From the NCBI GenBank assembly GCA_044344725.1, contig JBIJCL010000001.1, positions 1-28,973 of the forward strand: 28,973 bases of DNA. Reading direction: 5' to 3'. Of the stretch, positions 20,325-27,104 are shown piece by piece (the stretch's first letter is position 1; every line of letters starts with the position of its first letter). The notes beneath the pieces were generated by a model. The model did not search any database and had not been told where the DNA came from. It saw nothing but the letters and a program-made list of their open reading frames with translations. The position numbers were made by a program, and so were the translations under genes. This stretch comes from Steroidobacteraceae bacterium (lineage in GTDB: Bacteria > Pseudomonadota > Gammaproteobacteria > Steroidobacterales > Steroidobacteraceae).

Positions 20325-20689
20325 CGGCGCCTCAGGAGATCGAGTCCGCGTGAACCGATGAACCAGGAGCCGATCCAGCCGGTCAGGCTGACGAGTAAAG
20401 CACCCCACAGCGCATCCCAGAAACCCGAGACGTCAAACCCGGGGACGATCGCGGCCACGAGCAAGATCATGCCGGCGTTGACGACCAGCAGAAACAATCC
20501 GAGCGTCACCACACTGATGGGGAGTGTGAGCACGATGATGACGGGACGGACTACGGCATTTACGAGGCCCAACACCACGGCAGCGATCAGCAAGGTCGCA
20601 GGCTCGTCGATCGCAAATCCATCGACCCAACGGGTCGCCAACCACAGCCCGAACGCGGCGATCACTGCTCGCAGTAGAAATCCGGTCAT
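20321..20689 (-). CDS. 4-TM phage-holin-family (superfamily IV / YvlD-like) membrane protein
   Basis: 122 aa; LGLVNAVVRPVIIVLTLPISVVTLGLFLLVVNAGM..VPGFDVSGFWDALWGALLVS; AAGGAG SD. Confidence 0.88.
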   Translation of the reverse strand: MTGFLLRAVIAAFGLWLATRWVDGFAIDEPATLLIAAVVLGLVNAVVRPVIIVLTLPISVVTLGLFLLVVNAGMILLVAAIVPGFDVSGFWDALWGALLVSLTGWIGSWFIGSRGLDLLRRR

Positions 20690-20710
20690 GTGCTCTTCTC
20701 CTTATGCAGC

Positions 20711-20731
20711 ATTCTGCCACCGCGCTATGCT
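20711..20731. promoter_or_regulatory. Putative divergent -10 elements (holin-like gene / MAPEG)
   Basis: Minus strand extended TGgCAGAAT (hexamer 20716-20711); plus strand TATGCT 20726-20731. Both genes have SD-like sequences. Confidence 0.35.
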
Positions 20732-20758
20732 TGACCCTCGTTCATCAAGGGGGTTCCC

Positions 20759-21151
20759 ATGTCTGCCGACTACGTACCGGTCTTCCTGGTCATGCTGATC
20801 GCTCTCGTCGAGTACTTCGGCTTCGCCGCCGCCGTCGGTCGCGCCCGACATCGCTTCGGCATCAAGGCGCCCGCCACGAGTGGCAACCCCGACTTCGAGC
20901 GCTACTACCGGGTGCAGATGAATACCCTCGAGGTGCTCATCATTTTCATTCCGGCCCTGTGGTCTTTCGCGATCTTGGTCGATCCGATGTGGGCGACCGG
21001 CCTCGGTGCGCTTTTCATCGTCGGTCGATTGGTCTTCTTCATGGGCTACGTCAAGGCCGCCGACAAGCGCGGTCTCGGTTTTGCCTTGTCGTCCGTCCCC
21101 ATGCTCGCGCTCTTGATCGGTGGCATCGTCGGCGCGATTCGCGCCCTCTGA
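20759..21151 (+). CDS. MAPEG-family membrane protein
   Basis: 130 aa; GRARHRFGIKAPATSGNPDFERYYRVQMNTLE, GRLVFFMGY. Confidence 0.92.
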   Translation: MSADYVPVFLVMLIALVEYFGFAAAVGRARHRFGIKAPATSGNPDFERYYRVQMNTLEVLIIFIPALWSFAILVDPMWATGLGALFIVGRLVFFMGYVKAADKRGLGFALSSVPMLALLIGGIVGAIRAL

Positions 21152-21162
21152 TCCCTCTGATG

Positions 21163-21178
21163 GGGCGGAAAACCGCCC
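21163..21178. terminator. GC hairpin between convergent MAPEG and dedA; weak terminator or 3' stabiliser
   Basis: GGGCGG-AAAA-CCGCCC 6-bp stem followed by only TT, so there is no true U-tract on either strand. Confidence 0.35.
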
Positions 21179-21179
21179 T

Positions 21180-21824
21180 TCAGCCGCGCCGCCGCCGCAG
21201 GGCGATGATGGCGACGGGAATCAAGGAGCCAAAGATGATCGTCAGCGTGACGAGGCCAAAGTTGTCTCGCACGATCGGGATGTTGCCGAACAGATAGCCG
21301 CCGCCCAGGAAGACCGTCACCCAAGATACCGCGCCGACCACGTTGTACATCTGGAATCTCGAGTACTGCATGCGCGCGATCCCGGCGACGAATGGCGCAA
21401 AGGTTCTCAGCAGCGGCAGGAAACGCGACAGCACCACGGTCTTCCCGCCATGCTTCACGAAGTACGCCTCGGTCTGACGGAGATACTCGACTTTGAGTAG
21501 TCGATATCGACCACTGAACGCAGGAGGACCGATCGCTTTTCCGATGGCGTAGTTGCAGCTGTTACCGAGGATCGCCGCAACGATCAATAGTGCCGCGACA
21601 GTCGGGGCGTGCAACGTGCCGCTGGTATCGATCGCCGCGAGTGTGCCGACAGCGAAGAGCAGCGAGTCACCGGGTAGCCACGGCGTCACGACGAGACCCG
21701 TCTCCGCGAATACGATGACGAACAAGATCGCGTAGATCCACAGCCCGTACTGCTGCAGCAACTCGACGAGGTGACTGTCGAGGTTGAGGATGAAATCGAT
21801 GAAAAACTGCAACAGTTCGATCAT
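21180..21824 (-). CDS. dedA: DedA-family membrane protein
   Basis: 214 aa; FAETGLVVTPWLPGDSLLF, SRFLPLLRTFAPFVAG. ATGA overlap with the ctpA stop. Confidence 0.94.
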   Translation of the reverse strand: MIELLQFFIDFILNLDSHLVELLQQYGLWIYAILFVIVFAETGLVVTPWLPGDSLLFAVGTLAAIDTSGTLHAPTVAALLIVAAILGNSCNYAIGKAIGPPAFSGRYRLLKVEYLRQTEAYFVKHGGKTVVLSRFLPLLRTFAPFVAGIARMQYSRFQMYNVVGAVSWVTVFLGGGYLFGNIPIVRDNFGLVTLTIIFGSLIPVAIIALRRRRG

Positions 21825-23107
21825 GAGATTCGGGGAGGCTTGGCCTCGGCTGTGCGAGTGCCGCGCGGGGCACGACGTTGAAGCTCACGAAGCGCTGCGC
21901 GCACCTCGTCGTCCACGACCGGATCGGTAGGCGCCGAGTCAGGACCGGACAATGTCACATCGGGTTCGATCCCTCGTTCGTTTATATAGGTGCCGGAAGG
22001 CGTCGCGTAACGAGAAGTAGTCAGCTTGATGGCGTGCCCGTTGCTGAGCGGGATGACGCTTTGGACCGAACCCTTCCCGTAGGTCTTACGTCCGACGAGC
22101 AGGGCGCGTTGATTATCTTTGAGCGCACCGGCGAGGATCTCCGCTGCCGAGGCAGACGCGCCATTGACGAGCACGGCGATGTCGAGTCCCGTCAGTAACT
22201 GGCCGGGCTCGGCATCCATTCGGAATCGAGCATCGGCCGCGCGGCCACGCGCCATGACGATGTTCCCCTGATCGAGCATCGCATCGGCGACTGCAACCGC
22301 GCTCTCGAGAACGCCGCCGGGATTGTTGCGAAGATCGATGACGACTCCTCTCAGTTCCGGCTGTTCGCCCCGCAGGCGCTGTATCGCTTCGGCGAAGTCG
22401 GCCGGTGTCGTGTCGCTGAAAGAAGCAATGCGAAGATAGCCGTACCGCGAATCGAGGCGAGAGCTCGACACGCTGTGCACTTCGACGCGTGCCCGCTCCA
22501 ACACGACGTCGACGAGCTCATCGCGCGCGGCGCGACGTACGGTCAAACGAACCATTGAACCGGCGGGCCCACGCATCTGCTCGATGGCTTCGGCGACATT
22601 GAGGCCTACGGGTTCGCCGTCTATACGCAAGATGAGGTCGCCGGCTCGTATTCCAGCACGCGCAGCGGGCGACTCTTCGAGGGGCCGCTGAACTTTGATG
22701 AAACCGTTTTCGGCGGAGACCTCGATACCGATCCCCGGGTAGTGGCCGGCCGCGCCCCGACGAATCTCTTCGAACTCTCGCTGATCGAGATACGCCGAAT
22801 GTGCATCGAGCCCCGAGAGCATGCCGCGTACGGCGCTGTCGACGAGCTTGTCATCCGGAACTTCGTCGACGTATTCGCGGCGCACCTGAGAAAGAACCTC
22901 AGCGAGTCGGCGCGCTTCATCGGTGGAGAGCTGCTTCGACAACATCGATGCGGCGCCATTCGTAGCGGCGCTTGGTGGAGGCGCAGTGATCGGGGTCGAT
23001 GCCGCCGGAACGCCTTCGTCCGCAACATACGCCCAGCGCCCCAACGCGACGCCGGCCAAAAGACCGACGACGACGCCCGAGACGATCAAAACGCGGGGGG
23101 AGTTCAT
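21821..23107 (-). CDS. ctpA: S41A carboxyl-terminal processing protease (PDZ-containing); start 23107 preferred
   Basis: N-terminal TM, LDAHSAYL, PDZ (GIGIEV...GDLILRIDG), DLRNNPGGVL, catalytic ASASAAEILAGAL, GRKTYGKGSVQ. Confidence 0.93.
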   Translation of the reverse strand: MNSPRVLIVSGVVVGLLAGVALGRWAYVADEGVPAASTPITAPPPSAATNGAASMLSKQLSTDEARRLAEVLSQVRREYVDEVPDDKLVDSAVRGMLSGLDAHSAYLDQREFEEIRRGAAGHYPGIGIEVSAENGFIKVQRPLEESPAARAGIRAGDLILRIDGEPVGLNVAEAIEQMRGPAGSMVRLTVRRAARDELVDVVLERARVEVHSVSSSRLDSRYGYLRIASFSDTTPADFAEAIQRLRGEQPELRGVVIDLRNNPGGVLESAVAVADAMLDQGNIVMARGRAADARFRMDAEPGQLLTGLDIAVLVNGASASAAEILAGALKDNQRALLVGRKTYGKGSVQSVIPLSNGHAIKLTTSRYATPSGTYINERGIEPDVTLSGPDSAPTDPVVDDEVRAALRELQRRAPRGTRTAEAKPPRIS

Positions 23108-23115
23108 TGACGAAG

Positions 23116-23121
23116 ATTTTA
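23116..23121 (-). promoter_or_regulatory. Putative -10 element for (near-)leaderless ctpA-dedA transcript
   Basis: TAAAAT 8 nt before ATG 23107; no SD. Confidence 0.5.
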
Positions 23122-23133
23122 CAGGCTTGTCGC

Positions 23134-24282
23134 TCAGGGCTGCCTGTCTTTGAACCACGGCGCCGGGTCGAGTGGGCGAGCACCCTGTCGGATCTCAAAA
23201 TAAAGTCCGGGCTGAGCCCGTCCGCCAGAATCGCCGACACCGGCAACGGTATCGCCGGCGGCCACCTGGTCACCCACGGCGCGGAACAGTTGTTCGTTGT
23301 GACCGTAGAGGCTGAGGAACCCGCCGCCATGGTCGATGATCATGAGGAGACCGAGACCAGCGAGCCAGTCGGCATAGACCACACGACCACGATAGATGGC
23401 TCGCACGGGCGTGCCCCGCGCCGCCGCGATCACCACGCCATCCCATTTGACGGTGCCGGCTCTGGACTGGCCAAACCGCGCTTCGAGACGTCCCGTCGTC
23501 GGCCATGTCAGTTTGCCGCGCATGCCCGCGAACGGACTACGGCTGTCTGAGGGAAACTGCGGCGCGACGCGACGCAAGTCACGAAGCAGCTTTTCGAGAG
23601 CCGCCTGCTCTCGCTGCAGGCGCTGCAAGCTTGCGTTCCGCGCACGCGCTTCGGCGGTCAAACTTGCCAGGACCTGGCCACGCTCGGCTCGAGCTTTGTC
23701 CAGCCTCGAGACTTCGTCTTTTTGTTCCTGCTCGAGACGAAGAATGCGCTCGCGCTCGGTTTCGAGACTGGCGTCGAGAGCGGCGATCTCACGGAGATTC
23801 TCCTCGATCACGGCCAGCTGTCCCGCCCTTGCCCGACCGAAATAACCGTAGTACGAGAACATGCGTTCCGCTCGACTCGGGTCTTCCTGGTTGAGGAACA
23901 TCTTGAGCGGCTCGTCGCGCCCGATGAGGTACGCGGCCCGAATCTGCGCAGCGAGATCCGCGCGTTCGCGAGAGAGATCCTGCTCACGCTGTCGTTTTTG
24001 TTCGGCCAGATCGGCGCGACGCTGTTCTCGAGTCCGACGCTCTCCGCGTAACCGGTCGAGTTCTCCTCGGGCACGATTCGCGGCGGTCTCTGCGGCACGC
24101 AGCGCCCGGGTGAGGCGATCCCGCTCCGCGGAATCCTTGGCGACCTGACCCCGGATCCGCTCGATTTCGGCGCGAAGTTGTCGCAGCTCGGCCTCGGCGC
24201 GGGCGGCATCCTGCGCCACGGCCGACGACAGCAGTACTGCCGAGACCAAAACGGGAATCCAACGAGTTATCCGACCGCGCAT
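23134..24282 (-). CDS. envC: Murein hydrolase activator EnvC (coiled coil + degenerate M23/LytM); start 24282
   Basis: Signal peptide MRGRITRWIPVLVSAVLLSSAVA, long coiled coil, KLTWPTTG, WDGVVI, IIDHGGGFLSLYGHN, LYFEIRQG; 382 aa. Confidence 0.92.
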   Translation of the reverse strand: MRGRITRWIPVLVSAVLLSSAVAQDAARAEAELRQLRAEIERIRGQVAKDSAERDRLTRALRAAETAANRARGELDRLRGERRTREQRRADLAEQKRQREQDLSRERADLAAQIRAAYLIGRDEPLKMFLNQEDPSRAERMFSYYGYFGRARAGQLAVIEENLREIAALDASLETERERILRLEQEQKDEVSRLDKARAERGQVLASLTAEARARNASLQRLQREQAALEKLLRDLRRVAPQFPSDSRSPFAGMRGKLTWPTTGRLEARFGQSRAGTVKWDGVVIAAARGTPVRAIYRGRVVYADWLAGLGLLMIIDHGGGFLSLYGHNEQLFRAVGDQVAAGDTVAGVGDSGGRAQPGLYFEIRQGARPLDPAPWFKDRQP

Positions 24283-24290
24283 CGGACCAA

Positions 24291-24300
24291 ATTGTATAAT
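24291..24300. promoter_or_regulatory. Putative overlapped bidirectional -10 (envC / rhodanese operon)
   Basis: ATTGTATAAT: plus strand TATAAT 24295-24300, 7 nt before ATG 24308; minus strand TACAAT 24296-24291, 8 nt before ATG 24282. Confidence 0.65.
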
Positions 24301-24307
24301 CCCGGCA

Positions 24308-24742
24308 ATGGAAAAGTTGCCCGAATACGTCGCAAACCACCCGTGGCTCGTCTCTCTGGCGGTCGTTGCCGCGGTGCTCGTGATCGTGTTCGAAATCCGC
24401 GCGCGTCGCGATGCCTTCGCCGGCATCTCGCCGCAGGACTTGATCCGCCTTCAGAACCAGGGCGCCCTGATCATCGATCTGCGTAATCCCGAGGCCTTCG
24501 GCGCAGGACACATCAGTGGCGCACGCCGTATGGATTCCGCCGAGATGCTCACGGCAGGCGACTCGCTCAAGAAGTTCAAAGAGAAGAACGTCGTCGTCTA
24601 TTGCGAGTCCGGTTCGACCGGGGCGGCCGCGGCACGCGTGCTCCTCCGGCAAGGCTTCAAGCAGGTATTCAACCTCAAGGGTGGCGTCGACGGATGGCGT
24701 AGCGAGAACCTCCCGCTCGCCACCGGCAAGGGAAAGGGCTGA
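24308..24742 (+). CDS. Membrane-anchored rhodanese-domain protein (YibN-like)
   Basis: 144 aa; NH..L N-terminal TM, IIDLR...FGAGHISGA, YCESG active loop, FNLKGGVDGW; canonical position before grxC-secB. Confidence 0.93.
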   Translation: MEKLPEYVANHPWLVSLAVVAAVLVIVFEIRARRDAFAGISPQDLIRLQNQGALIIDLRNPEAFGAGHISGARRMDSAEMLTAGDSLKKFKEKNVVVYCESGSTGAAAARVLLRQGFKQVFNLKGGVDGWRSENLPLATGKGKG

Positions 24743-24746
24743 TCCG

Positions 24747-25004
24747 ATGTCGGCGAAGGTCGTGATGTACGCCACCGCATGGTGTCCCTACTGCGCTCGT
24801 GCTCGAGAATTGCTCGAGAACAAGCACGCGGACCTCGAGATCATCGACGTCGATCGTGACCCCGTGCTGCGACAGCAGATGATGGCGCGCAGTGGCCGTC
24901 ATACGGTTCCGCAGATTTTCGTCGGCGATGTACATGTCGGCGGATGCGACGACTTGTATGCACTCGATGCAAAAGGCGGTCTCGATCCGATACTCGCTGG
25001 CTGA
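24747..25004 (+). CDS. grxC: Glutaredoxin 3
   Basis: 85 aa from ATG 24747; WCPYC, TVPQIF, GGCDDL. Confidence 0.96.
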   Translation: MSAKVVMYATAWCPYCARARELLENKHADLEIIDVDRDPVLRQQMMARSGRHTVPQIFVGDVHVGGCDDLYALDAKGGLDPILAG

Positions 25005-25052
25005 CCGCAATCGTTTTATCTTTGAAAGCAATCATCACAGAGGCTTCACCAC

Positions 25053-25565
25053 ATGGCTGATCCAGATCCGCGCGCCGATGGCGCCACCCCTCCGGGCGCC
25101 GAAGCGAATGCTCCGGAATTTTCGCTGCAGTCGGTTTACCTGAAGGACTGCTCCTTCGAGGCACCGAAAGGTCCGCGTATCGAAGGCGCCTGGAACCCGC
25201 AGATCGGCCTCGATCTCAATACGTCCTCCGAAGCCATTTCGCCGGAGCTTCGCGAAGTCGTGCTGACGGTCAGCATCACCGCCAAGCTCGGCGAGGTGAC
25301 CGCCTTCCTCGTCGAAGTGAAACAAGCCGGACTTTTCGGCGTGCGTAATCTCGACGAAGACGAGCACCGCCGCGCGGTCGCCGCCATCGCGCCTTCCGTA
25401 CTGTTTCCGTATGCGCGAGCGATCATCGCGAATCTCGTGTCGCAGGGTGGATTCCCGCAACTGCTGCTGCCGCCCGTGAACTTCGACGCACTCTACGCTC
25501 GATCTCTCGCCGAGGCCGCCGCCAAGCAGCAAGCGCAGACGCCGCCTGCGAACCTCAACAGCTGA
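25053..25565 (+). CDS. secB: Protein-export chaperone SecB
   Basis: 170 aa; QSVYLKDCSFEAP, FLVEVKQAGLF, LFPYARAII, GGFPQLLLPPVNFDALY. Confidence 0.97.
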   Translation: MADPDPRADGATPPGAEANAPEFSLQSVYLKDCSFEAPKGPRIEGAWNPQIGLDLNTSSEAISPELREVVLTVSITAKLGEVTAFLVEVKQAGLFGVRNLDEDEHRRAVAAIAPSVLFPYARAIIANLVSQGGFPQLLLPPVNFDALYARSLAEAAAKQQAQTPPANLNS

Positions 25566-25570
25566 CGACG

Positions 25571-26584
25571 ATGAGCGACGCGGCCGCACCGTTGGCCGTA
25601 CTCGGCGCCGGATCCTGGGGAACGGCGCTCGCCATCCAGTTCGCTCGAGCGGGTCATCCGACGCGGCTATGGGGCCGCGACCCGGTTCAACAAGCCGCAA
25701 TGGCCAAGGCGCGTTGCAACCCGCGATATCTCCCCGAGGCGTCGTTCCCGGAGAATCTTTCGGTCGTACGTAATCTGGAAGAAGGGCTGGATGGCGTCAG
25801 CGAAATTCTGATCGCCGTGCCGAGCCATGCCTTGCGCGAACTACTCAAAGAAATCGCCCCCCTGCTAGGGAGCGACACTCGGCTTGCTTGGGCGACGAAA
25901 GGCTTCGAGCTCGATACCGGACTGCTGCCGCATCAGGTCGCACGGGAAGTGCTTGGAGATTCCAGATCGTTCGCGGTGCTCTCCGGGCCGACTTTCGCTC
26001 GTGAGGTCGGTGCGGGTCTGCCGACGGCCATGACCATCGCCTCCCCCGACGAAGGCTTCGCGAACGCGCTTGCCCGGAGCCTTTCTGCATCCAACTTCCG
26101 CGCGTACACCTCGACCGACATTGTCGGGGTCGAGGTCGGTGGGGCCACCAAAAACGTTCTCGCGGTGGGAGCGGGCCTCGCCGATGGTCTTGGCTTTGGT
26201 GCAAATACCCGTGTCGCCCTGATCACCCGCGGGCTCGTCGAAATGACTCGACTCGGCGTCGCACTCGGTGCGAAACGTGAAACCTTCATGGGTCTCGCTG
26301 GGCTCGGCGACCTCGTACTAACCTGTACCGACGATCAGTCACGCAATCGACGATTCGGCTTGTTGCTCGCGAGCGGCAAGAGCGCCGAAGAAGCTCTCAA
26401 AGAAATCGGGCAGGTCGTCGAAGGCTATCTGGCGGCCCGTGCCGTGCATCGGGTAGCAGCCCGGGAGAAAGTCGATATGCCGATCTGCGAAGGCATCTAC
26501 AGACTGCTCTACGAAGGTGTGCCGGCGCGCGAAGTCGTCAAAGCCTTGATGACCCGGCCGATCAAGGCCGAATTCACCGAGTAG
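25571..26584 (+). CDS. gpsA: NAD(P)H-dependent glycerol-3-phosphate dehydrogenase
   Basis: 337 aa; GAGSWGTALA, ATKGFE, LSGPTFAREV, GGATKN, GLGDLVLTCTDDQSRNRRFG. Confidence 0.97.
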   Translation: MSDAAAPLAVLGAGSWGTALAIQFARAGHPTRLWGRDPVQQAAMAKARCNPRYLPEASFPENLSVVRNLEEGLDGVSEILIAVPSHALRELLKEIAPLLGSDTRLAWATKGFELDTGLLPHQVAREVLGDSRSFAVLSGPTFAREVGAGLPTAMTIASPDEGFANALARSLSASNFRAYTSTDIVGVEVGGATKNVLAVGAGLADGLGFGANTRVALITRGLVEMTRLGVALGAKRETFMGLAGLGDLVLTCTDDQSRNRRFGLLLASGKSAEEALKEIGQVVEGYLAARAVHRVAAREKVDMPICEGIYRLLYEGVPAREVVKALMTRPIKAEFTE

Positions 26585-27062
26585 CGTCAGGGCTGCCGAA
26601 ACCATTCTGGCGCCAGGCCTCATAGGTCACGAGCGTCACGGCGTTCGAGAGGTTGAGGCTGCGATTACCCTCTCGCATCGGAATGCTGACGATCGCGGCA
26701 TCGCCCGACTCCCGACGCAACGAGTCGATGATGTCTTGCGGCAAGCCCCGACGCTCCGATCCGAACAGCAGCGCATCGCCCGGCTGCCAGTCCACTTCAT
26801 CGTAACGACGAGCCCCGCCCGTCTCGACGGCAAACCAACGTACGGCGGGTCCGAGCGCGTGTCGGCAGGCCTGAAAATCCTCGTGTACATGCACGGCCGT
26901 CATCCACCGGTAATCGAGACCGGCTCTGCGTACCGAGGGGCGATCGAGATCGAACCCCAAAGGTTTGACGAGATGCAGCTCGGCACCCGTATTGGCACAC
27001 AGCCGGATCACGTTGCCGGTGTTCGGCGGGATCTCCGGTTCGAATAACACGATGCGGAACAT
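26574..27062 (-). CDS. trmL: tRNA (cytidine/uridine-34-2'-O)-methyltransferase (SPOUT); start 27062
   Basis: MFRIVLFEPEIPPNTGNVIRLCANTG, RRAGLDY, LFGSE, RSLNLSNAV; 162 aa. Confidence 0.96.
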   Translation of the reverse strand: MFRIVLFEPEIPPNTGNVIRLCANTGAELHLVKPLGFDLDRPSVRRAGLDYRWMTAVHVHEDFQACRHALGPAVRWFAVETGGARRYDEVDWQPGDALLFGSERRGLPQDIIDSLRRESGDAAIVSIPMREGNRSLNLSNAVTLVTYEAWRQNGFGSPDATR

Positions 27063-27069
27063 GCTGCGC

Positions 27070-27098
27070 ATGGTAGCAATGCCGGTGCCGTCTATAAT
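27070..27098. promoter_or_regulatory. Putative back-to-back leaderless promoters (trmL / pyrD)
   Basis: Minus strand extended TGcTACCAT (hexamer 27075-27070), 7 nt before ATG 27062; plus strand TATAAT 27093-27098, 6 nt before ATG 27105. The hexamers are exactly 17 nt apart. Confidence 0.65.
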
Positions 27099-27104
27099 CA
27101 CCGC

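Noticed and set aside
20321-20689. Prophage remnant suggested by the holin-family gene
   Set aside because: No integrase, endolysin, structural genes or att-like repeats; the neighbours are housekeeping genes. This holin family is common in non-phage contexts.
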